DNA from: Candidatus Velthaea sp.
Lineage (GTDB): Bacteria > Vulcanimicrobiota > Vulcanimicrobiia > Vulcanimicrobiales > Vulcanimicrobiaceae
DNA length: 64,000 nucleotides
Assembly (NCBI GenBank): GCA_965214935.1
Contig: CBDCCS010000018.1
Location: forward strand, 384,001-448,000
Reading direction: 5' to 3'
Shown here: piece after piece, positions 41,201 through 51,585 of the stretch
How positions within the stretch are numbered: the stretch's first letter is position 1
How the letters are laid out: each line of letters begins with the position of its first letter
Notes under the pieces: generated by a model
Told to the model about the DNA's origin: nothing
Seen by the model: only the letters and a program-made list of their open reading frames with translations
The model's database searches: none
Position numbers and translations under genes: made by a program

Positions 41201-41567
41201 CGAGATCGCGCGACTCAACACGATTCGCCGCGACAATGCCGCTCTGCATACGTGGCGCAACGTTCGGTTTCACGAAGCTTCGGATGACAGCGTGCTGTTC
41301 TATTCGAAGAGTGCCGGCAAGAACACGCTGCTCATCGCCGTGAATCTCGATCCGTTTCGAGCGGTCGACGTCCGCTTGCGCTTGCCGCTGGCAGACTTCG
41401 GTTACACGGTTAAAGATAGCGTCGTTTGCCAAGAATTGCTCGCCGGCGAGCGTCACGTCTGGCACGGCGAATACCAGCACGTACACCTCGATCCGCAGCA
41501 AAATCCGGCGGTGATATTCCGTATCGACTCGCGCATGCACGTCGATTACGATTCGCCCAGCGACTAG
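38262..41567 (+). CDS. glgE: GH13 amylase-like domain fused to GlgE maltosyltransferase
   Basis: C-terminal WYEFFPRS, ENPPKKYQDI, FRVDNPHTKP, NTPDIL; additional N-terminal GH13 domain. Confidence 0.9.
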   Translation: MKTGMRIYNLFPSLVGSIERWSNQLPRIAAMGFDWVYVNPFHETGYSGSLYAVKDYYRLNPLFRGDATESDADLLRGFIAAASAADIGVMMDLVVNHTARDCVLAGEHPEWYRRTADGSIESPSASDPADPANVTVWTDLAELDYTDRPERTQMIAYFSDVVRHYTRLGFRGFRCDAAYKVPGDIWSAFVAAAREIRSDTVFAAETLGAPLEAVSQLRPAGFDYLFNSSKWWDFQAPWLLDQYEEFRHIAPSIAFPESHDTPRLATEYAQFDDAQLEAEYRFRYLFAAFFSTGVMMPIGYEFGFDRPFDVVMTRPDHWQAPRFDLTAFIADVNAMKAAVPALNEEGAERSLPLSNGAIGLLRNALAGSSAAVALFNPDPTSAAKIDAATILGEIDSAVDITPQADGGAALRAGTSIDLAPLGVRVFASPRASANGAGTNGAAQNDVRLAARPVIIESVSPEINGGRHPVKRIVGDRLEVQADIFREGHDALAAVLKYRERDAATWRETPMLCFDNDRWRASFALDRNTRYVYTIESWPDDFATWRHGAEKKHAAGQSIDVELLEGRALVEAAVARAGANRREQLRAVVAELTRLGDSDGRIALLLGESVAEFMAATPDRTAASVYVRELEVIADRKAAQIAAWYEFFPRSQGVTPGVHGTFADATRRLADVRAMGFDVLYLPPIHPIGHSFRKGPNNSLDPAPGDPGSPWAIGNADGGHKAVEPRLGTLDDFDRFVAAAIAHGIEIALDYALQCSPDHPYVTSHPEWFTFRPDGTIKYAENPPKKYQDIVNFNWFGAHAPALWDELRDVIEFWIGHGVRTFRVDNPHTKPFAFWEWMIGDVQSRHPEVLFLAEAFTRPKIMKELAKIGFTQSYTYFTWRNFKTELTDYLNELAYAEMGEYYRPNFFANTPDILPPFLQTGGRPGFVIRLVLAATLSSVYGIYSGFELCEAAALPEREEYLDSEKYEIRVRDWNAPGNIKPEIARLNTIRRDNAALHTWRNVRFHEASDDSVLFYSKSAGKNTLLIAVNLDPFRAVDVRLRLPLADFGYTVKDSVVCQELLAGERHVWHGEYQHVHLDPQQNPAVIFRIDSRMHVDYDSPSD

Positions 41568-41621
41568 TCAGCGCTACGCTCAGCGTTCGTTCGCAGAGCG
41601 AACCGCTGCCGGGAGAATTCT

Positions 41622-43196
41622 TTGTCCGACCAACACGTTACCGTGCCGACGCTCGACGTCGGCGAATCCGAAGCAAATGCGCCGCTCGGCGGTTCGTTGC
41701 TCGAATGGTTACGAACCGGTGTCTTCGCGGATTACTTGCCGCATCAGCGCTGGTTTGCCGACAAAGGTGCCGCCGTCGGCAGCGTTCGAATCGTCGATAC
41801 TGTCGGCCTCGACGTCGAGCAGCAACTGCGTCTAGCGATCGTCGAGGTCGAGCGATCGCAGCGCATGTATTTCCTTCCGCTCGCCGTTGCCGAGCGCAGT
41901 CCCGACACGCCGCCGGAGCGCTCGATATTGGCGCAACTGCGCATCGGTGAACGCGCGGCGTTGCTGACGGACGCGTTTGCCGTCGATGCGTTGCCGCTGC
42001 TGTTACTCGATGACGTGCGCGCCGAGCGACGGCGGGCGTCGGATGGCGGTGGAGCGTTCGTCGCGCATGCCGCACCGGCGCTCAACCGGATCGAGATCGC
42101 GTCCGTTCCCACGGTTCGCCGCCTCGCCGTCGAGCAAAGTAACACGTCGGTCGTGCTGGGCGAAGCGATCATGCTCAAAGGCTACCGGCGCGTCCATCGC
42201 GGTCCGCAGCCCGAACTTGAAATCGCACGATTTCTCGATGCCGTCGATTACCGCAACACGCCGGCGCTCGTCGGTTACGTGGAGTACGAACATCCCGAGA
42301 GCGAGGCGACGGCGCTTTGCATACTGCAGCGCTTCGTGCCTAGCGAGGGCGACGGCTGGGCGGTAACGCTCGATTATCTCGCGTCGTTTTTCGGCCGCGC
42401 CGCCGCCGGCGCAACGCAAGCGCATGATGATGCGGCCTACTTGCAACGCGTACGAACGTTAGGCGTACGCACTGCGGAGTTGCACCGGGCATTCGCTACA
42501 CCGCTGGGCGATCCGGCGTTCGAGCCCGAGCCGACGACGCAAGCAGATGTGGACGCCTGGATCGCTCAAGCCGCGGCGACCGGCGCGAAAGCGCTGGACG
42601 GCTTAGCACGCGAACTCGACAGGTTGCCCGACGATGCGCGCGAGCTTGCGCGTGCAGTGCTCGCGCGGCGCGCTGAGATCGCGCAACGGATGCACCCGGC
42701 GGCGGCCGGCGCGTTCGGCGTGATGAAGACGCGCTATCATGGCGACTATCATCTCGGACAAGTTTTGGCCGTCGGCGACGATTACATGATCGTCGACTTC
42801 GAGGGCGAACCGGGTCGCGATGCGTCCGTGCGGCGGCAAAAGTCGTCACCCTTGCGCGACGTCGCAGGGATGCTGCGTTCGTTGAACTATGCTGCCGTTT
42901 CAGGCAGCCGTAGCGTGGCGAATCAGGCCGGCGCAGAAACGCTCGATGCGGTCGCCCGCGATTGGGAGCAGCGTAGCGGCGCGGCATTTCTCGATGGTTA
43001 CCGGTCGACGATCGAGGGGTGCTCGTCATATCCGAGCGACTCCGAGGCGGCGCGCGGTTTGCTCGAACTCTTTACGCTAGAAAAGGCCTTATATGAAGTT
43101 AGCTACGAGCTCGCAAATCGCCCGGCATGGTTACGCATTCCGCTCGAAGGAATTCGCGCAATCTTAGATGCCGGTCATCATGCAACCGTTAACTGA
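41622..43196 (+). CDS. Maltokinase (Mak/Pep2, TreS C-terminal-like)
   Basis: [39 protein letters not shown]. Confidence 0.88.
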   Translation: MSDQHVTVPTLDVGESEANAPLGGSLLEWLRTGVFADYLPHQRWFADKGAAVGSVRIVDTVGLDVEQQLRLAIVEVERSQRMYFLPLAVAERSPDTPPERSILAQLRIGERAALLTDAFAVDALPLLLLDDVRAERRRASDGGGAFVAHAAPALNRIEIASVPTVRRLAVEQSNTSVVLGEAIMLKGYRRVHRGPQPELEIARFLDAVDYRNTPALVGYVEYEHPESEATALCILQRFVPSEGDGWAVTLDYLASFFGRAAAGATQAHDDAAYLQRVRTLGVRTAELHRAFATPLGDPAFEPEPTTQADVDAWIAQAAATGAKALDGLARELDRLPDDARELARAVLARRAEIAQRMHPAAAGAFGVMKTRYHGDYHLGQVLAVGDDYMIVDFEGEPGRDASVRRQKSSPLRDVAGMLRSLNYAAVSGSRSVANQAGAETLDAVARDWEQRSGAAFLDGYRSTIEGCSSYPSDSEAARGLLELFTLEKALYEVSYELANRPAWLRIPLEGIRAILDAGHHATVN

Positions 43197-45363
43197 TCAA
43201 ACAATTACGGCGCTCGTCAATGCGCGCCACGGCGACCCGTTCGCCGTGCTCGGGATGCACGTCGTCAACGGCACGGTCGTCGTACGGGCGCTTTTGCCGC
43301 AGGCCTCGCGCGTACAGGTCGTCGACACGACGGACGGATCGGTCGTCGCCGACCTGCCGTTGCTCGACAAAGCGGGCTTCTTTGCCGGTCCGGTCGAGGG
43401 GCGCGTTGCTGCGTTCGGCTATCGCCTCCGCATCTCGCTCGGAACCGCCGTCAGCGACATCGATGACGCCTATCGCTTCGGCCCCGTTTTAAGCGACCTC
43501 GATCTCTATTTGTTCGGCGAAGGCACGCATCGCCAACTGTATCGCCGTTTCGGTTCGCACCCGCTGCGCCATGAAGGTGTCGACGGGGTCAGCTTCGCCG
43601 TTTGGGCGCCCAACGCGCAGCGCGTCTCGGTTGTCGGTGATTTCAACGCATGGGACGGGCGCCGGCACCCGATGCGCTTGCGCAGCAGCGGTGTTTGGGA
43701 GATCTTCATTCCGGCAGTTCCGCTGGGCAGCGCATACAAATACGAACTGCTCGGGCCGGATGGTGGCGTCCTACCGCTCAAAGCCGATCCCTTCGCGTTT
43801 GCCGCCGAGCGAACACCGGCCACGGCCTCAATCGTCGCCGTTCCGGGACAAGCGAGCTGGAACGATGCGCAATGGCTTGCCGGCCGGGAAGCCGCAAATC
43901 GGCGCGACGCACCGATTTCAATCTACGAAGTGCATCTCGGTTCGTGGCAGCGTGCCGAGGGCAACCGCTACTTGACCTACACCGAGCTTGCCGAACGACT
44001 CGTCCCGTACGTTGCGGAATTGGGCTTCACGCATCTCGAACTCATGCCGGTATCGGAACACCCCTTCGACGGCTCGTGGGGCTATCAGCCCGTCGGCATG
44101 TTCGCGCCGACGAGCCGATTCGGTTCGCCCGAAGATTTCGCCAAGTTCGTCGATGCCGCGCACGTTGCCGGCATCGGCGTTATCATCGATTGGGTGCCCG
44201 GTCATTTTCCGACCGATGCGCACGGGCTGGGCCGCTTCGACGGAACGCCGCTCTACGAACATGCCGATCCGCGCCAAGGTTTTCAGCCCGACTGGAATAC
44301 GCTGATCTTTAATTTCGGCCGCAACGAAGTGGCGAACTTCTTGATGGCAAACGCGATCTTTTGGCTCGACATGTACCACATCGATGGTCTGCGCGTCGAT
44401 GCCGTTGCATCGATGCTTTATCTGGACTATAGCCGCAAGGAAGGCGAATGGATTCCCAACCGGTTCGGCGGCCGGGAAAATCTCGAAGCGATCGCACTTC
44501 TGCAACGCGTCAATACGGCAGCGTACGGCGAAGTGCCCGGCATTACAACGATCGCCGAAGAATCGACGGCCTTTCCCGGAGTTTCGGTCCCCGTTGAGTT
44601 CGGCGGCCTTGGTTTCGGTTACAAGTGGAACATGGGCTGGATGCACGATTCGCTTGCATACATGCATGAAGATCCGATTTACCGCCGCTACCATCAAGAC
44701 GAGTTGACGTTTACGTTCATGTACGCGTTCAGCGAAAATTTCGTCTTGCCGCTGTCGCATGACGAAGTCGTGCACGGCAAAGGTTCGCTCATCGCTAAGA
44801 TGCCGGGCGACAGTTGGCAAGTGTTTGCGAATTTGCGTTTGTATTTCGGCTACATGTTCGCCAATCCGGGCAAAAAGTTACTTTTCATGGGCGGTGAATT
44901 CGCGCAAGGCCGCGAGTGGAATCACGACCGCAGTCTGGATTGGCATCTACTGGACATACCGCAGCATCGCGGCGTGCAAAAGCTCATCGCCGATTGCAAT
45001 GCGATGTACCGTTCGCTGCCGGCGCTGCACGAACTCGATAACGAAGCAGCCGGGTTTGAGTGGATTACGTCCGATCGCGAGTCGTCAGTGCTGGCGTTCA
45101 TGCGCCGCGCGCGGCCCGGCGATAACGACCTGGCCGTCGTGATCAGTAATTTTACGGCGATACCGCGGTCCCAATATCGGATCGGTGTGGCGGTGCTCGG
45201 CACGTATACCGAGGCGCTCAACACCGACGATCAGGCGTATGGCGGTAGCGGTGTCGCCAATCCGCCCCTCATTGCCGAAGCCGTCACCGCACACGGTAAG
45301 CCCTACTCGATCCTCGCGCAATTACCGCCGCTGGCAACCGTGATCTTAACGCGCACCTCGTAA
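43180..45363 (+). CDS. glgB: 1,4-alpha-glucan branching enzyme
   Basis: [40 protein letters not shown]. Confidence 0.97.
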   Translation: MQPLTDQTITALVNARHGDPFAVLGMHVVNGTVVVRALLPQASRVQVVDTTDGSVVADLPLLDKAGFFAGPVEGRVAAFGYRLRISLGTAVSDIDDAYRFGPVLSDLDLYLFGEGTHRQLYRRFGSHPLRHEGVDGVSFAVWAPNAQRVSVVGDFNAWDGRRHPMRLRSSGVWEIFIPAVPLGSAYKYELLGPDGGVLPLKADPFAFAAERTPATASIVAVPGQASWNDAQWLAGREAANRRDAPISIYEVHLGSWQRAEGNRYLTYTELAERLVPYVAELGFTHLELMPVSEHPFDGSWGYQPVGMFAPTSRFGSPEDFAKFVDAAHVAGIGVIIDWVPGHFPTDAHGLGRFDGTPLYEHADPRQGFQPDWNTLIFNFGRNEVANFLMANAIFWLDMYHIDGLRVDAVASMLYLDYSRKEGEWIPNRFGGRENLEAIALLQRVNTAAYGEVPGITTIAEESTAFPGVSVPVEFGGLGFGYKWNMGWMHDSLAYMHEDPIYRRYHQDELTFTFMYAFSENFVLPLSHDEVVHGKGSLIAKMPGDSWQVFANLRLYFGYMFANPGKKLLFMGGEFAQGREWNHDRSLDWHLLDIPQHRGVQKLIADCNAMYRSLPALHELDNEAAGFEWITSDRESSVLAFMRRARPGDNDLAVVISNFTAIPRSQYRIGVAVLGTYTEALNTDDQAYGGSGVANPPLIAEAVTAHGKPYSILAQLPPLATVILTRTS

Positions 45364-45435
45364 AGGCAAACAGCGTTTGCGCGGGCCCCGGCGCGAACGG
45401 CTGCGAACACATTCGGGGCACCGCGGAGCGTTATC

Positions 45436-46764
45436 ATGAGCGTACGGCCGGCCGACCTTCCACTTACCGTGCACACCCCGGCCGTGCCGCCGGGCTTGCC
45501 GCAGTTGCCGCAACACGTTGCGATTCTCTCATTCGAGGGACCCGACCGGTATGCGTCGATCGGTGGCCTCGGTACGCGGGTGAGTGCGCTGGCGCGAGCG
45601 CTCGGTAACGCCGGCCACGATGTCGAACTTTTCTTCGTCGGCGATCCGGCGATGAAGCCGGTCGAAGCGTGGTCGCCCGGTGTGACGCTGCGACGCTGGT
45701 GCGGCTGGATTTCCGCCCAGCATCCGCGCAGTGCATACGACGGCGAGTCGGAAAAGATTGCCGATCTCGAATCGAGTTTGCCGGCCTATTTGATCGATTC
45801 GGTCATCGCACCGGCCGCCGCGAAAGGCGAGCGCGTTCTGGTCATGGCCGAAGAGTGGCAGATGGCGAATATCGCGATCGTGCTCGATGCCCGGTTGCGC
45901 CAATGCGGCTTGCGCGCGGCCGCGACGATCCTTTGGAACGCCAATAATTCATACGGCTTCGAGCGCATCGATTGGCCGGCGCTGCAGCGTGCCGCGACGA
46001 TCACGGCGGTCAGCCGCTATATGAAATTCGAGCTCGCCCAGTGGCGCGTGCCCGCGCTCGTTATTCCGAATGGGATCGACGAGCGGTTATTACGCGGAGC
46101 CGATCCGGCGATGGTCGCCGAAGTCAAAGACGCGTTTGCCGGCAAGCCGACGCTCTTTAAAATCGGCCGCTTCGATCCGGATAAGAATTGGCTGCAAGCC
46201 ATCGATGCGCTCGTCGAGTTGCGTGCAGCCGGCATCCCGGCACGGCTCGTCGTGCGCGGCGGGAAGGATCCGTACGGCGAAACGGTCATGGGTCATGCGC
46301 GCAATCGCGGTCTGGTCGTCGAGCGGATGTCGTACGAAGGGACGGATGGCCGTCGCGTCATTGCCGGCCTACGTGAAGCCGAGGCCGCCGTCATCCACGT
46401 TCGGCCGTTTCTCGACGAAAAAACGTTGTTTGCACTCTATGCCGGGTGCGATGTGGTGCTTGCCAACAGCGGGAAAGAACCGTTTGGATTAGTCGGACTC
46501 GAAGTTATGGCAGCCGGCGGCGTCGTCGTGTGCGGCTCGACGGGTGAAGAGTACGCCGATCCGTTCGTCAACTCGCTGGTTTGCGACACCGGTGACGGCA
46601 GCGAACTCGCGACGTATTTGCGCACGCTCTTTGCCGATCCGATGCTGCGCGAGGAATTGCGCGCGCATGGTGCGATGACTGCCGCACACTACACCTGGAC
46701 GCGTGTCTTAGCGTCGCTCGAACGCAAAGTCGCTTACGTCGAGTCGCGCTTCGACGTCGCGTAA
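45436..46764 (+). CDS. Glycosyltransferase family 4
   Basis: GGLG, IPNGI, GRFDPDK, EPFGLVGLE. Confidence 0.85.
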   Translation: MSVRPADLPLTVHTPAVPPGLPQLPQHVAILSFEGPDRYASIGGLGTRVSALARALGNAGHDVELFFVGDPAMKPVEAWSPGVTLRRWCGWISAQHPRSAYDGESEKIADLESSLPAYLIDSVIAPAAAKGERVLVMAEEWQMANIAIVLDARLRQCGLRAAATILWNANNSYGFERIDWPALQRAATITAVSRYMKFELAQWRVPALVIPNGIDERLLRGADPAMVAEVKDAFAGKPTLFKIGRFDPDKNWLQAIDALVELRAAGIPARLVVRGGKDPYGETVMGHARNRGLVVERMSYEGTDGRRVIAGLREAEAAVIHVRPFLDEKTLFALYAGCDVVLANSGKEPFGLVGLEVMAAGGVVVCGSTGEEYADPFVNSLVCDTGDGSELATYLRTLFADPMLREELRAHGAMTAAHYTWTRVLASLERKVAYVESRFDVA

Positions 46765-46774
46765 TCGGCGGTCG

Positions 46775-47473
46775 TCAACCATCGGCTGCCCGAACCGGAC
46801 ACGACGCGAACGTCGTGACACTCGGCGATCTGAGCAGTGCGTTTAGCCGGAGTATCAGGCCGGTCTCCTCGGCGAACGGAATGAGATCGTCGGGATACAT
46901 CAAACCGCGCTGCGGATGTTGCCAGCGAATCAAGGCCTCGGCGCCGTTGAGCCGGCCATCGCTGCGCACTTGCGCTTGGTAATGCAGCTCGAATTGGTTG
47001 TCGACGAGCGCACGTAACAGGTCGACCTCGAGTGCCGCACGTTGACGGACCACCGCCTCCATGGCCGGATCGAAAAAGCGGCAGGCGTTCCGGCCGGTCT
47101 CTTTTGCTTTGTACATCGCAAGATCGGCATGTTTGAGCACGTCCTCGGCTGAGGCTGAGTCGTCTTGAAAGAGCGTGAGGCCGATACTGCCGGACGTCAC
47201 GTGCGTGATGTTGCCGAAGTGAAAGCTCGTATTGAGCAGCGCCAAGATTTGCTGTGCGATCGATTCCAGGGCAGCGGCAGCTTCGGCGCGATCGCGACCG
47301 ATGTCGATAACGACGAGCACGAATTCATCGCCGCCGAGCCGTGCGACCGTATCGCCTCGGCGGACGCCCGTGCAGAGGCGCTGAGCGACTTCGCGCAGCA
47401 GCAAATCGCCGACATCATGCTTCGATCGACGGTTGCGGGCGCCCGCGTCGTCGCAATCGTGGGCAAACTTCAC
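46775..47473 (-). pseudogene. Internal fragment of a GGDEF-EAL gene
   Basis: Recognisable only from HDVGDLLL (about 47419) through RLGGDEF and EAL to ETGLI; both domain ends are missing. Confidence 0.7.
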
Positions 47474-49503
47474 GCGCCGCGCGGCCGCGATTCGCGTAGC
47501 TCATCACATACCGCGATGAATTGCGGCTCGGCGGCGATCGTCTCGATGTCGAGCCCGAGCTTGCGCCGCCAATTCGGATACTGATCCCAGGTTCCGGGCA
47601 CGTTGATCGGCAAGACTTCGCCCAAGGCATCGTCGACTTGCATCATCACGATGCGGGCCGGCGAGCGGGCTAAGAACCGGTGCGCGGCGATCATCACGTC
47701 TGCCGGGGATGCGTCCGCGCCGGCAAGATCGCCCGACGCAACGAGCAGCGCAACGAGCCGTTGACGATCGGTCTCGCGTTCGACATGCTCGTCGGCAATA
47801 CGCGCCGGATCGCCGACACCCAGACTCGCGCGCAGATCGATGTCCGAGCCGCCGATCCAGGCGGCAAACGTTGCCAGGTCGTGCGTCCCGATCGCCGCGA
47901 GACTGAGCGCCGGATACTGCTCGGCGATAATAAAATTTGCGTCGGCTTGTCGCTCGAAAAAAAGAATCCGATAGGAGAGAACGTGCGCTTGCGCCATTCG
48001 TTCGCGGAAGCCCACCGGCACCGTGCCGAGGTCTTCGCCGATGACGCTGCAGCGTGCGCGCACGCTTTCGAGCGCCAGCACGCCGAGGACGTCCTCGAAC
48101 GGATAGCCGACATAGGTGCCCTCGAGTGCCGAACGTCCGCGCGGACTCCAGAATAGCCGGGCCAGCGACATGACGTGATCGATGCGCAACGCGCCGGCAT
48201 CTTGCATGTTCGCGCGGAACAACTCGGCCGCGGTGCGATAGCCGTCGCGCGCAAGACCCGTCGGGTGGAGCGGCGGCAGGCCCCAGTCCTGACCGTCCGG
48301 ATTGAGCATGTCGGGCGGCGCCCCGACGCTCACGGATGAAACATACGCCTGCGGGTCGATCCAGACGTCCGCTCCGCTCGCGTCGACGCCGACGGCAAGA
48401 TCGCGGTAAATCGCCACGGCATGGCGTTGGGCAACCTTCGCGGCAGCGCTCAATTGGCGTGCGGCATGATACTGCAAAAACATCGAATACTCGACCGCCG
48501 GCCGTTCGGCGCGCGCGAACGCCTTGACGTCGTCGGTCGCCGGATCGCGATAGCTCGGCGGCCACGCGGCAACGTCGCGGCCGAACCGCTCGACGAGCGT
48601 CTCGAACGTCGCGAAGCGCTCGAGTGCCGTGCCGCCGTCGGCGATGAATGCGCTGAACTCCGCATCGTCGCGACCGTGCTCGTGCACAAGCGCGAAGCAC
48701 GCGCGCAGAATGATGTCTTTGGCCGCCGCAACGCCGATGTAATCGACGATCGATGTCGCGCGCAGCAGCTGCAATTGCGCTTGAAAATCCGGTGCGTCAA
48801 TCGTGCTCCGCACGCGCGGATCGTGAGATTGCGCAAGCGCGTCGACATCGATATACAACCAATTGAGAAAGCGCCGCGACGTCGGCGCGTACGGACTCGC
48901 GGCGTCGGGATCGGTGCGATGCGGCGCATGTAGCGGGTTGACGCCGACATAATCGGCGCCGGCCTCGGCAGCGATCCGGATAAATTGAGTGAGATCGGTA
49001 AAATCGCCGATGCCCCAATTTCGTTCCGACCGTAACGTATAGACCTGGACGGCGATACCCCAGCGCTGGCCGCCCGGCGGCGTATACACAGCCGGCGGAA
49101 CGATGACAAGGAAGCTTTCGGCGCTGCCGTAACGGCCTGCGTCGAGCGCGATGCGGTGATAGCCGAGCGGGAATGCGCCCAGTGCAAGGCTGCGCCGGTC
49201 GAACGTCCGGCCCATTCGCTCGAACGAGCCGGTTACGGGCGCATCGCGTAGTTCGGCGGTCCCGTGTCTGGCGCTGCCGTCTTCGAGTGCGATCGTCCAG
49301 CTGACGCGCTCGGTCCAGCTCGCGGCGGGCAGCGTAATCTCGACGGCCGCCGGCCGGTCGTCGCGCACGACCGTTGCCGGCAGCAGCATATCTTCGGCGT
49401 GCGCTTCGCCGCCGAGCAGCGCGACGAAGGCATCGAGGGTTGCTTGCGGTACGACGCGCTCGACCCCGAAAGCATCGGAGTAGCGCGCGTCGGGTGCAGT
49501 CAC
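47470..49503 (-). CDS. malQ: 4-alpha-glucanotransferase
   Basis: WGIGDF, SPY.PTSR, DLAVG, GAPPD, RIDH, GEDLG, THD; GTG start overlaps the glgX stop. Confidence 0.93.
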   Translation of the reverse strand: MTAPDARYSDAFGVERVVPQATLDAFVALLGGEAHAEDMLLPATVVRDDRPAAVEITLPAASWTERVSWTIALEDGSARHGTAELRDAPVTGSFERMGRTFDRRSLALGAFPLGYHRIALDAGRYGSAESFLVIVPPAVYTPPGGQRWGIAVQVYTLRSERNWGIGDFTDLTQFIRIAAEAGADYVGVNPLHAPHRTDPDAASPYAPTSRRFLNWLYIDVDALAQSHDPRVRSTIDAPDFQAQLQLLRATSIVDYIGVAAAKDIILRACFALVHEHGRDDAEFSAFIADGGTALERFATFETLVERFGRDVAAWPPSYRDPATDDVKAFARAERPAVEYSMFLQYHAARQLSAAAKVAQRHAVAIYRDLAVGVDASGADVWIDPQAYVSSVSVGAPPDMLNPDGQDWGLPPLHPTGLARDGYRTAAELFRANMQDAGALRIDHVMSLARLFWSPRGRSALEGTYVGYPFEDVLGVLALESVRARCSVIGEDLGTVPVGFRERMAQAHVLSYRILFFERQADANFIIAEQYPALSLAAIGTHDLATFAAWIGGSDIDLRASLGVGDPARIADEHVERETDRQRLVALLVASGDLAGADASPADVMIAAHRFLARSPARIVMMQVDDALGEVLPINVPGTWDQYPNWRRKLGLDIETIAAEPQFIAVCDELRESRPRGA

Positions 49504-51581
49504 AACGCGCGCCCCGCAAATACTGCGAGCGAACGCGTGCGCAATATGTACGCCTCGCGTGCTTCGAGCGTCGCACCGGAGGCCGCTCCGCCGTCGAGCG
49601 ACGTATCGAGCGCTAGCGTCCATTCGATTCGCGCCGGATCCGGTAATTGAAACTTTACGTCGATGTCCGCGGCGTTCAAGAGCATTGCGATGAGCGGCCG
49701 GGCGCCGAAGAAGACGCCGATCGCACGCAGCGGCTGATGCCAATCGTGTGCCGTCATTTCACCGCCCGTGTCGCGCAGCCAGGTAATGTCTTTGCGGTTC
49801 GTACCCGGCAGGGGCGCGCCGCGGAAGTAGGCGTCGCTGTTGAAGGCGGGCAGCCCCTTGCGCATGCGAATGATCATCTGCACGAAGTCCGTTAACGCAA
49901 GATCGCGGTCGGTCCGGCCTTTCCAATCGAGCCACGAGATTTCGCTGTCCTGACAGTAGGCATTGTTGTTGCCGCCCTGCGTGTTGCCGAACTCGTCGCC
50001 GGCAAGCATGAGCGGGACGCCCGACGAGAAAAAAAGTGATGCCAGCAAATTACGCTTCTGGCGTTCGCGTAACGCCAGCACGTTCGGATCGTCGGTCGGC
50101 CCTTCAACCCCGCAATTCCAACTCTCGTTGTCATCGGCACCGTCGCGATTTCCCTCGAAATTCGCGTCGTTGTGTTTGCCGTTGTAGGCGACCAGATCGG
50201 CTAACGTGAAGCCGTCGTGCACGGTCACCAAATTGATACTCGAACGTGGCCGGCGGCCGTCCCAGGCAAATAGGTCGCTCGAGCCTGCCAAACGCGATGC
50301 GAGCTCCGGCAAGACGCCGTCGGTGCCTTTCCAGAATCGCCGGATCGTATCGCGGTAACGGCCGTTCCATTCCGACCAGCCGGGCGGAAAATTCCCAACT
50401 TGATAGCCGCCCATCCCGAGATCCCAGGGCTCGGCGATCATCTTCACGCGCGAAAGAACCGGATCTTGCGCGACGGCTTTGAAGAATGCCGCGTCACGCG
50501 CGTACCCGTTATTTTCGCGTGCAATCGAAACGGCGAGATCGAAACGGAAGCCGTCGACATGCATCTCTTCGACCCAGTAGCGCAGCGAGTCCATGACGAG
50601 TTGCAACACACGTGGATGGCGCAGATCGAGCGTGTTGCCGCAGCCCGTCGAATCGTCGTAAAAACGGGCGTCGCTCATCGTGCGGTAATACGATTTGTTG
50701 TCGATCCCGCGCAGCGAGAGCGTCGGCCCGAGGTGATTGCCTTCGGCGGTATGGTTGTAAACGACGTCGAGGATGACTTCAATGCCGGCTTCGTGCAGCA
50801 GCTTGACCATCGTCTTGAACTCACTCAAGCCGCTCGTTAAATACCGCGGCTCCGGTGCGAAAAACGCCAGCGAGTTGTAGCCCCAATAATTACGCAGACG
50901 GCGTTCGATGAGAAACCGGTCGTCGATAAAGGCGTGAATCGGCAGCAGTTCGACCGCGGTGATTCCCAGATCGACGAGATAGGCGATGACCGCGGGTGCC
51001 GACAATCCGGCGAACGTCCCGCGCATCGCCGGCGGCACGTTCGGATGCAGCTGCGTGTAACCGCGCACGTGCAATTCGTAAATGATCGTCTGCTGCCATG
51101 TGTTGTTGGGGCGCCGGTCGTCGCCCCAGGTAAAGGCGGTATCGCAAACGACGCCCTTGGGTACACCCGAAGCGTTATCGCGCCGGTCGAACGAGAGATC
51201 GCCGTTGCGCGCACCGATCCGATAGCCGTAGTGCGCGTCGCTCCAGCGCATGCTGCCGCTCAATTCGCGCGCATACGGATCGACGAGCAGCTTATGATGG
51301 TTGAAGCGGTGGCCGCTGGCGGGATCGTACGGACCGTAGACGCGATAGCCGTACAGCGTTCCGGGACGCGCGTCGGCCAGATAGCCGTGCCAGACTTGGT
51401 CGGTATATTCGGGCAATTGATGGCGCACCAGTTCGCGCCGGCCGCGTGCATCGAAGATGCACAGTTCGACTCGTTCGGCATGCGCTGAGAAAAGCGCGAA
51501 ATTGACGCCTTTTCCATCCCATGTTGCGCCGAGTGGGAACGGCTGCCCGGGCGCGATGCGGCGACGCGCCGCCGAGTTCAC
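49500..51581 (-). CDS. glgX: Glycogen debranching enzyme
   Basis: PLGATWDG, NYWGYN, DVVYNHTAEG, DGFRFDLA, HDGFTL, NNAYCQD. Confidence 0.96.
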   Translation of the reverse strand: MNSAARRRIAPGQPFPLGATWDGKGVNFALFSAHAERVELCIFDARGRRELVRHQLPEYTDQVWHGYLADARPGTLYGYRVYGPYDPASGHRFNHHKLLVDPYARELSGSMRWSDAHYGYRIGARNGDLSFDRRDNASGVPKGVVCDTAFTWGDDRRPNNTWQQTIIYELHVRGYTQLHPNVPPAMRGTFAGLSAPAVIAYLVDLGITAVELLPIHAFIDDRFLIERRLRNYWGYNSLAFFAPEPRYLTSGLSEFKTMVKLLHEAGIEVILDVVYNHTAEGNHLGPTLSLRGIDNKSYYRTMSDARFYDDSTGCGNTLDLRHPRVLQLVMDSLRYWVEEMHVDGFRFDLAVSIARENNGYARDAAFFKAVAQDPVLSRVKMIAEPWDLGMGGYQVGNFPPGWSEWNGRYRDTIRRFWKGTDGVLPELASRLAGSSDLFAWDGRRPRSSINLVTVHDGFTLADLVAYNGKHNDANFEGNRDGADDNESWNCGVEGPTDDPNVLALRERQKRNLLASLFFSSGVPLMLAGDEFGNTQGGNNNAYCQDSEISWLDWKGRTDRDLALTDFVQMIIRMRKGLPAFNSDAYFRGAPLPGTNRKDITWLRDTGGEMTAHDWHQPLRAIGVFFGARPLIAMLLNAADIDVKFQLPDPARIEWTLALDTSLDGGAASGATLEAREAYILRTRSLAVFAGRAL

Positions 51582-51585
51582 GCCG

